A stretch of 64,000 nucleotides of DNA from Mobula hypostoma (Eukaryota): the NCBI RefSeq assembly GCF_963921235.1, contig NC_086108.1, forward strand, positions 20,708,001 through 20,772,000. Direction: 5' to 3'. Positions 11,655 through 22,215 of the stretch are shown here, piece by piece. The notes below the pieces were generated by a model that worked only from the letters and a program-made list of their open reading frames with translations, ran no database searches and was not told where the DNA came from. The position numbers were made by a program, and so were the translations under genes. Each line of letters opens with the position of its first letter. Positions within the stretch are counted from its first letter, which is position 1.

Positions 11655-13345
11655 CTCAAAGTGAATTTATTATCAAAGTACATACATGTCACCATGAATG
11701 GCCCTGAGATTCATTTTCATTTTCTTTTAGGTATACTCAATAAATCCATAATAGAATAATAACTATAACAGAATCAATGAAAGACCACTTGGGTGTTCAA
11801 TGAATGTACAAAAGACAACAAACTGAAACTACAAAAAGAAAGAAATAATATAATAATAAGTAAGCTATAAATATCAAGAACATGAGATGAAGAAAGTGAG
11901 TCCATAGTTGTGGGAACATTTCAATAAGGGCAAGAGAAAGTGAGTGAAGTTAACCCCTTTAGTTCAAGAGCCTGATGGGTAGTAAGTGTTCTTGAGCCTG
12001 GTGGTATTATGAGTTCTGAGGCTCCTTTACCTTCTGATGGCAGTGGTGAGAAGAAAGCATGTCCTGGGTGGTGGGAGTCTCTGTTGATGGATGCTACTTT
12101 CCTGCAATGTTTCATGCAGACGTGCTCAATGGTGGGGAAGGCCTTACCCATGATGGACTGGGCCATATCCACCACCTTTTGTAGTAGTTTCTTTTCAAGG
12201 GCATTGCCAATCCAAACCAATTGGAGTCTGCAAGTGAGGAGATCAAGGATCCAATTGCATAAGGAAATATTGAGGCCTAGGTCTTGGAGCTTAATGATTA
12301 GCTTTGAGGGAATGATGGTATTGAATGCTGAGCTGTAATCAATAAAGAGTACCCTGATGTATGCATCTTTGATGTTAGATGTTCCAAAGTTGAGTGAAGA
12401 GCCACTGAGATGGCATTCTGCTGTGGACTTGTTGCTTTAGTAGGCAAGTTGGAGCATATCCAAGTTGCTTCTCAGGCAGGAGTTGATATGTTTCCTCACC
12501 AACCTCTCAAAACACTTGATCACTGTGGATGTAAGTGCTATTGAACGATAGTCATTGATGCAGGTTAGGTTAGATTAGATTAGATTGAGGACACTCAGTC
12601 CTTGTTTATTGTCATTTAGAAATGCATGCATTAAAAAAATGATACCATGTTCTTCCAGTATGATATCACAGAAACACAAGACTGACCAAGACTAAAACTG
12701 ACAAAAACCACATAATTATAACATATAGTTACAACAGTGCAAAGCAATACCGTAATTTGATAAGAGCAGACCATGGGCACGGTAAAAAAAAAAGTCTCAA
12801 AGTCCCGATAGCCCCAACATCTCACGCAGACGGTAGAAGGAAGAAACTCTCCCTGCCATGAGCTTCCAGCACCGCAAACTTGCTAATGCAGCACCCTGGA
12901 AGCACCCGACCACATTCTGACTCTGAGTCCGTCCGAAAACTTCGAGCCTCCAACACCGAGCACCGACTCTGCCGAGTGCTTTGGCCCCGGCCCCGGCCAA
13001 GCAACAGGCAAAGCCGAGGATTCGGTGCCTTCCCCTCCGGAGATTCTGGATCACACAGTAGCAGCGGCAGCGAAGCAGGCATTTCAGAAGTTTCACCAGA
13101 TGTTCCTCCGTGCTCTCCCATCTGCCTCTATCAAATCAGAATTGTGCATGGCCTCCTACTTAACAGATTGCAGATATTCATCACCGGAGAGGCCGTGCGT
13201 GCTGTGTCACGCCGCCCTCTTCTCCTCCTCCCGACATCTTAGCACCATGGGAACAGGTTACCATATTCTTTTTAGGCACTGGTATAATTGAAGCCTGCTT
13301 GAAGCAGGTGGGTACCTCAGACTGCCAAAGTGAGAGGTTAAAAAT
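11655..13345 (-). mobile_element. Decayed Rex1/Babar LINE interrupted by 12568-13253
   Basis: ORF pieces LQKVVDMAQSIMG and PTCFKQASIIPVPKK; tail gataataaa. Confidence 0.8.
12568..13253 (-). mobile_element. Non-autonomous SINE-like retroelement with (TCTAA)n tail
   Basis: 7 bp TSD caggtta 12561-12567 / 13254-13260; CpG-rich 5' half; tgacaataaac 3' motif like the Rex tails; no recognisable ORF. Confidence 0.65.
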
Positions 13346-13784
13346 GTAAATTTCAATGAAATGACCTCTCAATCTTCTAAACGAGAATTCAGCCCTGGTC
13401 TGCTATATCTCCTCATGATACAAATGGCCCATCAAAGAAATCAATGCAGCACTCTCTCTATTCAAGTAAATCCTTCCCTGTTAAATACCATCTTGCCCAC
13501 ATGTGGTAGTCGGCTGATACTGCACAGGACCCCACAACCACCTCAGAACACACAAATAGAGTGGAAAACAGTCATTCTCAGCCTGCAAACTTCAGGAATT
13601 CCACATGAATACAAAATCCTGAAACTAATATCAAACAACCCTGCCAAATTAACAGTAATGCTCCACCAGATAACTCCAAAAGAGTACTAAAATCAAAGAA
13701 GGCGATTGCTGAGGTTCTCCAATGCTTGGGAATACTCCTTACAACTGCTCACATATCTTATGTCAGTTTAGACTTTAATAAGGC

Positions 13785-15570
13785 AACAAACACAGGAGCA
13801 GAATTAGGCCATTTGATCCATCAAGTCTGGTTTGACATTCGATCATGCTGATTCATTTTCCGTTTCAATATCATTCTTGTGTTCTTCTCTACATAACCTT
13901 TAACATACCTACAAATCAAGAGCTTATCAACCTTTGCTTTAAATACATTCAATGACTTGACCTCCACAGTCGACAAAGCGATGAATTCCACAGATTCACC
14001 ACCCCTCTAACTTATAGAAATACCTCCTTGTCTATGTTGTAAAGGGATGTCCTTCTATCCTGAGGCTGTTCCTTTGGGCCCTAGACTTCCCCATGATTGG
14101 AAATATCTTCATGTCCAATATTCAGTAGGTTTCAATGAGATACCCCCTCATTCTTCTAAACCCCAGAGCCATCAAACACTCCTTATACATTAACCCATTC
14201 ATTCCAGGGATCATTCTCATAAACCTCCTCTGAACACTCTCCATTGCCTGCACATCCTTTCTTTGATAAGCGGACAAAATTGCACAATACTCCATGTGCG
14301 GTCTGGTCAATTTGTTATATATTCTAGCCCGCTGGAAACAAATGCTAACATTGTATTTGCCTTCTGCAGACTTCCTGATTCATCATCATTACTGCCCCTC
14401 GGCCTATCTTGGTACCATGTATAAACTTGGCCACAAAGACATCAATTCTGTCATCCATATCATTAATATATAATGTGAAAATTAGTGGACCCAATACTGA
14501 CACCTGCAGAATACCACTAGTCACTAGAAGCCAACAAGAAAAGGCCCTCTTGATGCCCGCGCTTTGCCTCCTGCCTGTCAACAATCTTCTGTCCGTGCTA
14601 GTATCTTTCCTGCAATACCATAGGCTCTTATCTTGTTTAGCTGCCTCACGTGCAGCACGTTGTCAAATGCCTTCTGAAAATCCCAATACGTAACAACCAC
14701 TGACTCTCCTTCGTCTGTCCTGCACTTTATTTCCTGAAATAATTTCAACAGCTTTATCAGGCAAGATTTCTCCAAAACCTCATCCTTAATAATGGACTCT
14801 TAACATTTTGTCAAACACTGAAGTCATGCTAACTGGCTTGTAGTTTCCTGTCTTTTGCCTTCCTCCCTTCTTTTAAAAAGTGGAGACACCTTTACAATTT
14901 TCCATTCCTCTGGAACCGTTCTAGAATCTAGTGATTCTTGAATGATCTTACTAATGTCTCCACTATCTCTTCAGATACCCTTTTCAAAACTCTGGTATGT
15001 AGTCCATCTGAGCCATGTAACTTACCTACCTTCGTACCTCTCAGCTTCTCAGACACCTTCTCCTTGGGTGATGGTGTCTACACACACTTCTGCATCCTAA
15101 CATTCTCAAATTTCTAGTGTGCTACTTGTGTTTGTTATTTATTTAGTGATATAGCATGGAGCAACCCTTCCGGCCCTTCAAGTCACACTGCTCAGAAACC
15201 CCATAAACCCAATAAATCCTAATCTAATCATGGGACTATTTACAATGACTTGGTATGTCATTGCAGCATGGGAGAAAACCAGAGCAGTGCACGGATTCGT
15301 TGGGGAGGACGTGAAGAGACTTAGTACAGAATAGTTCCGGAACACCCCAAGCTGTAATAGCATTGCACTAACCGCTACACTACTATGACATCACAATGAA
15401 TACTATTGCAAAATATGAATTCAGTTCATCTGCCATTTTTTGTCCCCCACTACTACCTCTCCAGTATCATTTTCCAGTAGTGCAATGTCCATTCTTGTTT
15501 CTCATTTACTCTTTATATATCTGAAAAAAAAACTTCTGGTATCTCCCTTTATATTATTGGCTAGCTTACC
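13785..15570 (-). mobile_element. Decayed CR1 LINE (contains SINE 15130-15386)
   Basis: DFQKAFDNV, SVLGP, FVAKF, RPHMEYC, VQRRFMRMIPG remnants. Confidence 0.8.
15130..15386 (-). mobile_element. tRNA-derived SINE
   Basis: Minus-strand head gtagtgtagcggttagtgcaatgctattacagc (A-box like, similar to 1670-1705); CR1-like tail ending in taaataaataa. Confidence 0.6.
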
Positions 15571-15579
15571 TTCATATTT

Positions 15580-17400
15580 CATAGAGCTATAGAACACCAC
15601 AGCACAGAACCAGACGCCTTAGCCCATCTAGTCTGTGCCAAACTATTAATCTGCCTAGTCCCATTGACCTGCACCAGTACCATACCCCTCCCATCCATGT
15701 ACCTGTCCAAATTTCTCATAAATGTTGAAATAAAACCTGCATCTACCACTTGCACTGGCATAAACACAAGAAAATCTACAGATACTGGAAATCTAAGCAA
15801 CAGACCCAAAATGCTGGAGGAACTCAGCAGGCCAGGCAGCATCTATCGAAAAGAGTAAATAGCAACGTTTCAAGCCAAGACCCTTCATCAGCACTCGCAC
15901 TGACAACTCATTTCACACTCTCACCACCCTCTGAGTGGAGAAGTTCTCCCTCATGTTCCCCTTAAATATTTCACCTTTCACCCTTAACCCATGACCTTTA
16001 ATTCTAGTCTCACCCAACCTCAGTGGAAACATGCTGTTTGCATTTACCCTTCCTAATTTTGTATACCTCTCAAAACTCCCATCATTCTTCTATGCTCTAT
16101 GAAATTAAGTCCTAATCTATTCAACCTTTCCCTATTACACAGGTCAAGTCTTGGCAACATTTGTCGAAATTTTGTTAAACTCTTTCAATCTTATTGACAT
16201 CTTTTCTGTGGGTACGTGACCAAGACTGCACACAATACTCTAAATTAGGACTCACCAACGTCTTGTACAACTTCAGCATAATATGCTAAAGTCTATACAC
16301 AATACTTTGATTTACGAAGACCAATCTGCCAAAGGCACTCTGGCATCCTATGTACCTGTAATAGCACTTTCAAGGAATTATGGATCTGTATTCCCAGATC
16401 CCTCTGTTCTACCGCACTCCTCAGTATCCTATTGCTCACTGTGTTAAGTCCCACCCTGGTTTGTCCTCCCAAAGTGCAATACCTCACACTTGTCTGTATT
16501 AGATCCTACTGTCCATTTTTCAGCTCATTTTTCCACCTGCTCTCGATTCTGCTGCAAGCTTTGATAGCCTTCCTCGTCATACCCCCCCCCACCCCCATTT
16601 TGGTGTCATACACAAATTTGCTGATCCAGTTTACCACATAATCATCCAGATCATTGATATGGATGATAAACATTAACGGACCCAACACCAATCCCCAAGG
16701 CACACCACTAATTACAAGCCTCCAGTAAGAGAGACAACCATCTACTACCACTCTCCTACAAAGCCAATGTCCAATCCAATTTATGACTCTTTATATATCT
16801 GAAAAAAAACTTTTTTACCTCATTTATTTTTACCAAATTTATTACCTCATTTTGAATGCTAAGTGACTGACCTTCTTGACCAACTTCTTATGCAGGACCT
16901 TGTCAAAGGCCTTGCTAAAGCCCATGCAGACAACATCCACTGCCTTTCCTTCATTACCTTTCCTTGTAACGTCCTCAAAAAAAACTCTGTAAGATTGGTT
17001 AGATTTTCTTACCGTGCACAAAGCTGTATTGACTTTCCCTAATCAGTCTGTGTCGATCCAAATACTTGTACATCTGGTCTCTTTGAATACTATCCAATAA
17101 TTTACCCATTGCTGATGTTAGGCTCGCCAGCCTATAATATCCTGGCTTATTCTTACATATTTTCTTAAACACTGGAACAACATCAGCTATCCTCTAATCC
17201 TTTGGTACCTCACCTGTGGATAAGGATGTTTTAAATATCTCTGCTAGGACCCTTCCAATTTTTGCACTAGCCTCACACAGGTTCCAAGGGAACTTATTGT
17301 CAGGCCTTGGAGTTATTCATCTTAATTTGCCTCAAGACAGCAAACACCTCTTCCTCTGTAATCTGTATATGATCCATGACCTCACTGCTGCTTTGCCTCA
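15580..17400 (-). mobile_element. Decayed CR1 LINE
   Basis: SGVPWGLVLGP, ISKFVYDTK, QRDLGIQIHNSLKV; CR1-type 3' tail at 15580-15720. Confidence 0.82.
15761..15891 (-). mobile_element. Solo Penelope pseudo-LTR starting at the hammerhead core
   Basis: Minus strand starts CTGATGAAGGGTCTTGGCTTGAAACGTT and ends with the tail; TSD cacttgcactggca 15747-15760 / cactcgcactgaca 15892-15905. Confidence 0.78.
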
Positions 17401-18299
17401 CTTCTTGACTAATCTTCCTTCAACCATGACACTTGTGATGCACACAACGACATCACTGCCAAGTTCTAACTGTGTGAGGTAGTTCAGAGATAATGGAAGA
17501 GCATAATCGATTTCACAATTCACAATTCTGGGTCAGGGCTTTGCTGGCTGAAGCCAGAGGAAGTGAGGTGTCCCAATCGTACAGTTCAGTTACATTGTTC
17601 TAAACTCTGCCATTGCTCAGAAATTTGCTGGTTGGTCCTGGAATAAAGTGTTTGTAAGATCAATCCACTAGAGCCAGAAATTGCAATTCAAGGAAATGTG
17701 TAAGTGGAGGGGATGGGGGAAGGACAGCAGCAAGTTTGTGTTCTGGGCCCCACTATGGAAAATCCAGGCCGCAAAGTGAAATTTAATGAGATTTACACAA
17801 AAGCTGATACTACTCTTGTCTAATTTGATCTTCAACCTACATCATTCTAGAGTAATATTTCTCGTTTAGAGAACAAGATAGAGTTTACATTACTCATCAA
17901 ATAAGGAAGGTTATCAGCTGGGATTCACAACATACCTGCCAGCAAATATACCCATAATTGCTTACATCTCATGGAGGCTGTATTGCTGACTTCCTTCAAG
18001 CAGCTCACCGGTTGTAAGATTTCCATGCTTTACGGTATACAACAAAGGTCTGAACTTCTGCCCATCTCCCAGCTCTCAAAGTGATAAAGCTATCTGCTGG
18101 ATGTACACCAACATAACACTTGCAGTAAACCTATTATAATTAAAGGGTAAACTACCTAGCGGGAGAAAATTTTGATTTGATTTAAATAAGTTTTAAGTTT
18201 TTTGGAGAAGTGTGTTTTATTCTTTACAAATAAAATTATTTATAGGAATTAATGTTTGTGAATACCTAAGGTATTTAGAAAAACTCAATTTAAATAGCA

Positions 18300-18826
18300 G
18301 ATTTTACAGTGTCTTCATTAGGAGTTTGAAGTAATTTGGTATGTCACCAAACACTCTTAACAAATTTCTACAGATGTACCATGGAGCACGTTCTGATTGG
18401 TTGCATCATCACCTGGTATGGAGGCTCCAATGCACAAGATTGAAACAGCTCATAGAGGAATGTAGACTGAGCCAGCTCCATCACGGCACAACCCTCCCCA
18501 CCGTCAAAGACATTTTAAAAGGTGGTGCCTCAAGAAGGCAGTATAAATCATTAAGGACCCTCACCATACAGCACACACCCTTTTCTTATTACAAATATCA
18601 GGGAGGAAGTACAGGAGCCTGAAGATACACATTCAACATTTTAGGAATAGCTTCCATCAGATTTCTGAACAGTCCATCAACTCACGAATATGACCTCACT
18701 CCTGCTCTTTTGCACTGTATTGTTTTTATTTGTAACTTACAGTAATCTTTAAAAATGTCTTAACTCTATTGCTTCAATAAATCACAAAGTTCACAAAGTA
18801 TGTCAGTGAGAATAAACCTAATTCTC
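18300..18826 (+). mobile_element. Rex1/Babar LINE 3' fragment
   Basis: Similar to the 3' parts of the copies at 53990-54170 / 55328-55690; tail gagaataaacctaattct. Confidence 0.75.
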
Positions 18827-19025
18827 ATGAGCAGGCGCTTCACTATTGTCAACATCAGTGTAGCCAGATACTTGCACTGTACTTTGTTCGCCTCAACCCG
18901 ACACAAACTTCTACTCAAGATTTATCAACCGAAATTAACATTTACTGTTCTATTTCTATGCAAGCAACATACATCAAAGTTGCTGGTGAACGCAGCAGGC
19001 CAAGCAGCATCTATAGGAAGAGGCG

Positions 19026-19063
19026 CAGTCGACGTTTCAGGCCGAGACCCTTCGTCAGGACTA
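19026..19063 (-). ncRNA. Minimal type I hammerhead ribozyme
   Basis: UAGUC CUGACGA AGG-GUCUCGG-CCU GAAA CGUC GACUG: intact core, stem I, stem II and GUC cleavage triplet. Confidence 0.8.
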
Positions 19064-19355
19064 ACTGAAGGAAGAGTGAGTAAGGGATTTGAAAGCTGGA
19101 GGGGGAGGGGGAGATGCAAAATGATAGGAGAAGACAGGAGAGGGAGGGATAGAGCCGAGAGCTGGACAGGTGATAGGCAAAAGGGGATACAAGAGGATCA
19201 TGGGACAGGAGGCCTAGGGAGAAAGACGGGGGGGGGGTGACCCAGAGGATGGGCAAGAGGTATATTCAGAGGGACAGAGGGAGAAAAAGGAGAGTGAGAG
19301 AAAGAATGTGTGCATAAAAATGAGTAACAGCTGGGGTACGAGGGGGAGGTGGGGC

Positions 19356-20628
19356 CTAGCGGAAGTTAGAGAAGTCAATGTTCATGCCATCAGGTTGGAG
19401 GCTACCCAGACGGAATATAAGGTGTTGTTCCTCCAACCTGAGTGTGGCTTCATCTTTACAGTAGAGGAGGCCGTGGATAGACATGTCAGAATGGGAATGG
19501 GATGTGGAATTAAAATGTGTGGCCACTGGGAGATCCTGCTTTCTCTGGCGGACAGAGCGTAGATGTTCAGCAAAGCGGTCTCCCAGTCTGCGTCGGGTCT
19601 CACCAATATATAAAAGGCCACATCGGGAGCACCGGACGCAGTATATCACGCCAGTCGACTCACAGGTGAAGTGATGCCTCACCTGGAAGGACTGTTTGGG
19701 GCCCTGAATGGTGGTAAGGGAGGAAGTGTAAGGGCATGTGTAGCACTTGTTCCGCTTACACGGATAAGTGCCAGGAGGGAGATCAGTGGGGAGGGATGGG
19801 GGGGACGAATGGACAAGGGAGTTGTGTAGGGAGCGATCCCTGCAGAATGCAGAGAGAGGGGGGGAGGGAAAGATGTGCTTAGTGGTGGGATCCCGTTGGA
19901 GGTGGCGGAAGTTACGGAGAATAATATGTTGGACCCGGAGGCTGGTGGGGTGGTAGGTGAGGACCAGGGGAACCCTATTCCTAGTGGGGTGGTGGGAGGA
20001 TGGAGTGAGAGCAGATGTACGTGAAGTGGAGGAGATGCGTTTAAGAGCAGAGTTGATAGTGGAGGAAGGGAAGCCCCTTTCTTTAAAAAATGAAGACATC
20101 TCCCTCGTCCTAGAATGAAAAGCCTCATCCTGAGAGCAGATGCGGCGGAGACGGAGGAATTGCGAGAAGGGGATGGCGTTTTTGCAAGAGACAGGGTGAG
20201 AAGAGGAATAGTCCAGATAGCTGTGAGAGTCAGTAGGCTTATAGTAGATATCAGTGGATAAGCTGTCTCCAGAGACAGAGACAGAAAGATCTAGAAAGGG
20301 GAGGGAGGTGTCGGAAATAGACCAGGTAAACTTGAGGGCAGGGTGAAAGTTGGAGGCAAAGTTAATAAAGTCAACGAGTTCTGCATGCGTGCAGGAAGCA
20401 GCGCCAATGCAGTCGTCGATATAGCGAAGGAAAAGTGGGGGACAGATACCAGAATAGGCACGGAACATAGATTGTTCCACAAACCCAACAAAAAGGCAGG
20501 CATAGCTAGGACCCATACGGGTGCCCATAGCTACACCTTTAGTTTGGAGGAAATGGGAGGAGCAAAAGGAGAAATTATTAAGAGTAAGGACTAATTCCGC
20601 TAGACGGAGCAGAGTGGTGGTAGAGGGG
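19356..20628 (-). pseudogene. 5'-truncated Penelope ORF: RT C-terminal half + Cys linker + GIY-YIG endonuclease
   Basis: GVAMGTRMGPSYA, RYIDD, YYKPTD, CKRNKCYTC, VIYCVRCSRCGLLYIGET...RFAEH; uninterrupted to the stop but lacking the N-terminal RT motifs. Confidence 0.9.
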
Positions 20629-21884
20629 TGCTCCGTCTAGCGGAATTAGTCCTTACTCTTAATAATTTCTCCTTTTGCTCCTCCCATTTCCTCCAAACTA
20701 AAGGTGTAGCTATGGGCACCCGTATGGGTCCTAGCTATGCCTGCCTTTTTGTTGGGTTTGTGGAACAATCTATGTTCCGTGCCTATTCTGGTATCTGTCC
20801 CCCACTTTTCCTTCGCTATATCGACGACTGCATTGGCGCTGCTTCCTGCACGCATGCAGAACTCGTTGACTTTATTAACTTTGCCTCCAACTTTCACCCT
20901 GCCCTCAAGTTTACCTGGTCTATTTCCGACACCTCCCTCCCCTTTCTAGATCTTTCTGTCTCTGTCTCTGGAGACAGCTTATCCACTGATATCTACTATA
21001 AGCCTACTGACTCTCACAGCTATCTGGACTATTCCTCTTCTCACCCTGTCTCTTGCAAAAACGCCATCCCCTTCTCGCAATTCCTCCGTCTCCGCCGCAT
21101 CTGCTCTCAGGATGAGGCTTTTCATTCTAGGACGAGGGAGATGTCTTCATTTTTTAAAGAAAGGGGCTTCCCTTCCTCCACTATCAACTCTGCTCTTAAA
21201 CGCATCTCCTCCATTTCACGTACATCTGCTCTCACTCCATCCTCCCACCACCCCACTAGGAATAGGGTTCCCCTGGTCCTCACCTACCACCCCACCAGCC
21301 TCCGGGTCCAACATATTATTCTCCGTAACTTCCGCCACCTCCAACGGGATCCCACCACTAAGCACATCTTTCCCTCCCCCCCTCTCTCTGCATTCCCCAG
21401 GGATCGCTCCCTACACAACTCCCTTGTCCATTCGTCCCCCCCATCCCTCCCCACTGATCTCCCTCCTGGCACTTATCCGTGTAAGCGGAACAAGTGCTAC
21501 ACATGCCCTTACACTTCCTCCCTTACCACCATTCAGGGCCCCAAACAGTCCTTTCAGGTGAGGCATCACTTCACCTGTGAGTCGACTGGCGTGATATACT
21601 GCGTCCGGTGCTCCCGATGTGGCCTTTTATATATTGGTGAGACCCGACGCAGACTGGGAGACCGCTTTGCTGAACATCTACGCTCTGTCCGCCAGAGAAA
21701 GCAGGATCTCCCAGTGGCCACACATTTTAATTCCACATCCCATTCCCATTCTGACATGTCTATCCACGGCCTCCTCTACTGTAAAGATGAAGCCACACTC
21801 AGGTTGGAGGAACAACACCTTATATTCCGTCTGGGTAGCCTCCAACCTGATGGCATGAACATTGACTTCTCTAACTTCCGCTAA
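20629..21884 (+). pseudogene. 5'-truncated Penelope ORF, mirror copy
   Basis: 418 aa open frame with the same motifs; two amino-acid differences noticed against the left arm. Confidence 0.9.
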
Positions 21885-22177
21885 TGCCCCACCTCCCCCT
21901 CGTACCCCAGCTGTTACTCATTTTTATGCACACATTCTTTCTCTCACTCTCCTTTTTCTCCCTCTGTCCCTCTGAATATACCTCTTGCCCATCCTCTGGG
22001 TCACCCCCCCCCCGTCTTTCTCCCTAGGCCTCCTGTCCCATGATCCTCTTGTATCCCCTTTTGCCTATCACCTGTCCAGCTCTCGGCTCTATCCCTCCCC
22101 CTCCTGTCTTCTCCTATCATTTTGCATCTCCCCCTCCCCCTCCAGCTTTCAAATCCCTTACTCACTCTTCCTTCAGT

Positions 22178-22215
22178 TAGTCCTGACGAAGGGTCTCGGC
22201 CTGAAACGTCGACTG
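22178..22215 (+). ncRNA. Minimal type I hammerhead ribozyme
   Basis: tagtc ctgacga agggtctcggcct gaaa cgtc gactg; predicted cleavage after C22210. Confidence 0.8.

Noticed and set aside
17480..18300. Repeat-free block with ETS-like motifs as a possible enhancer or promoter
   Set aside because: Short motifs only; needs cross-species conservation data.
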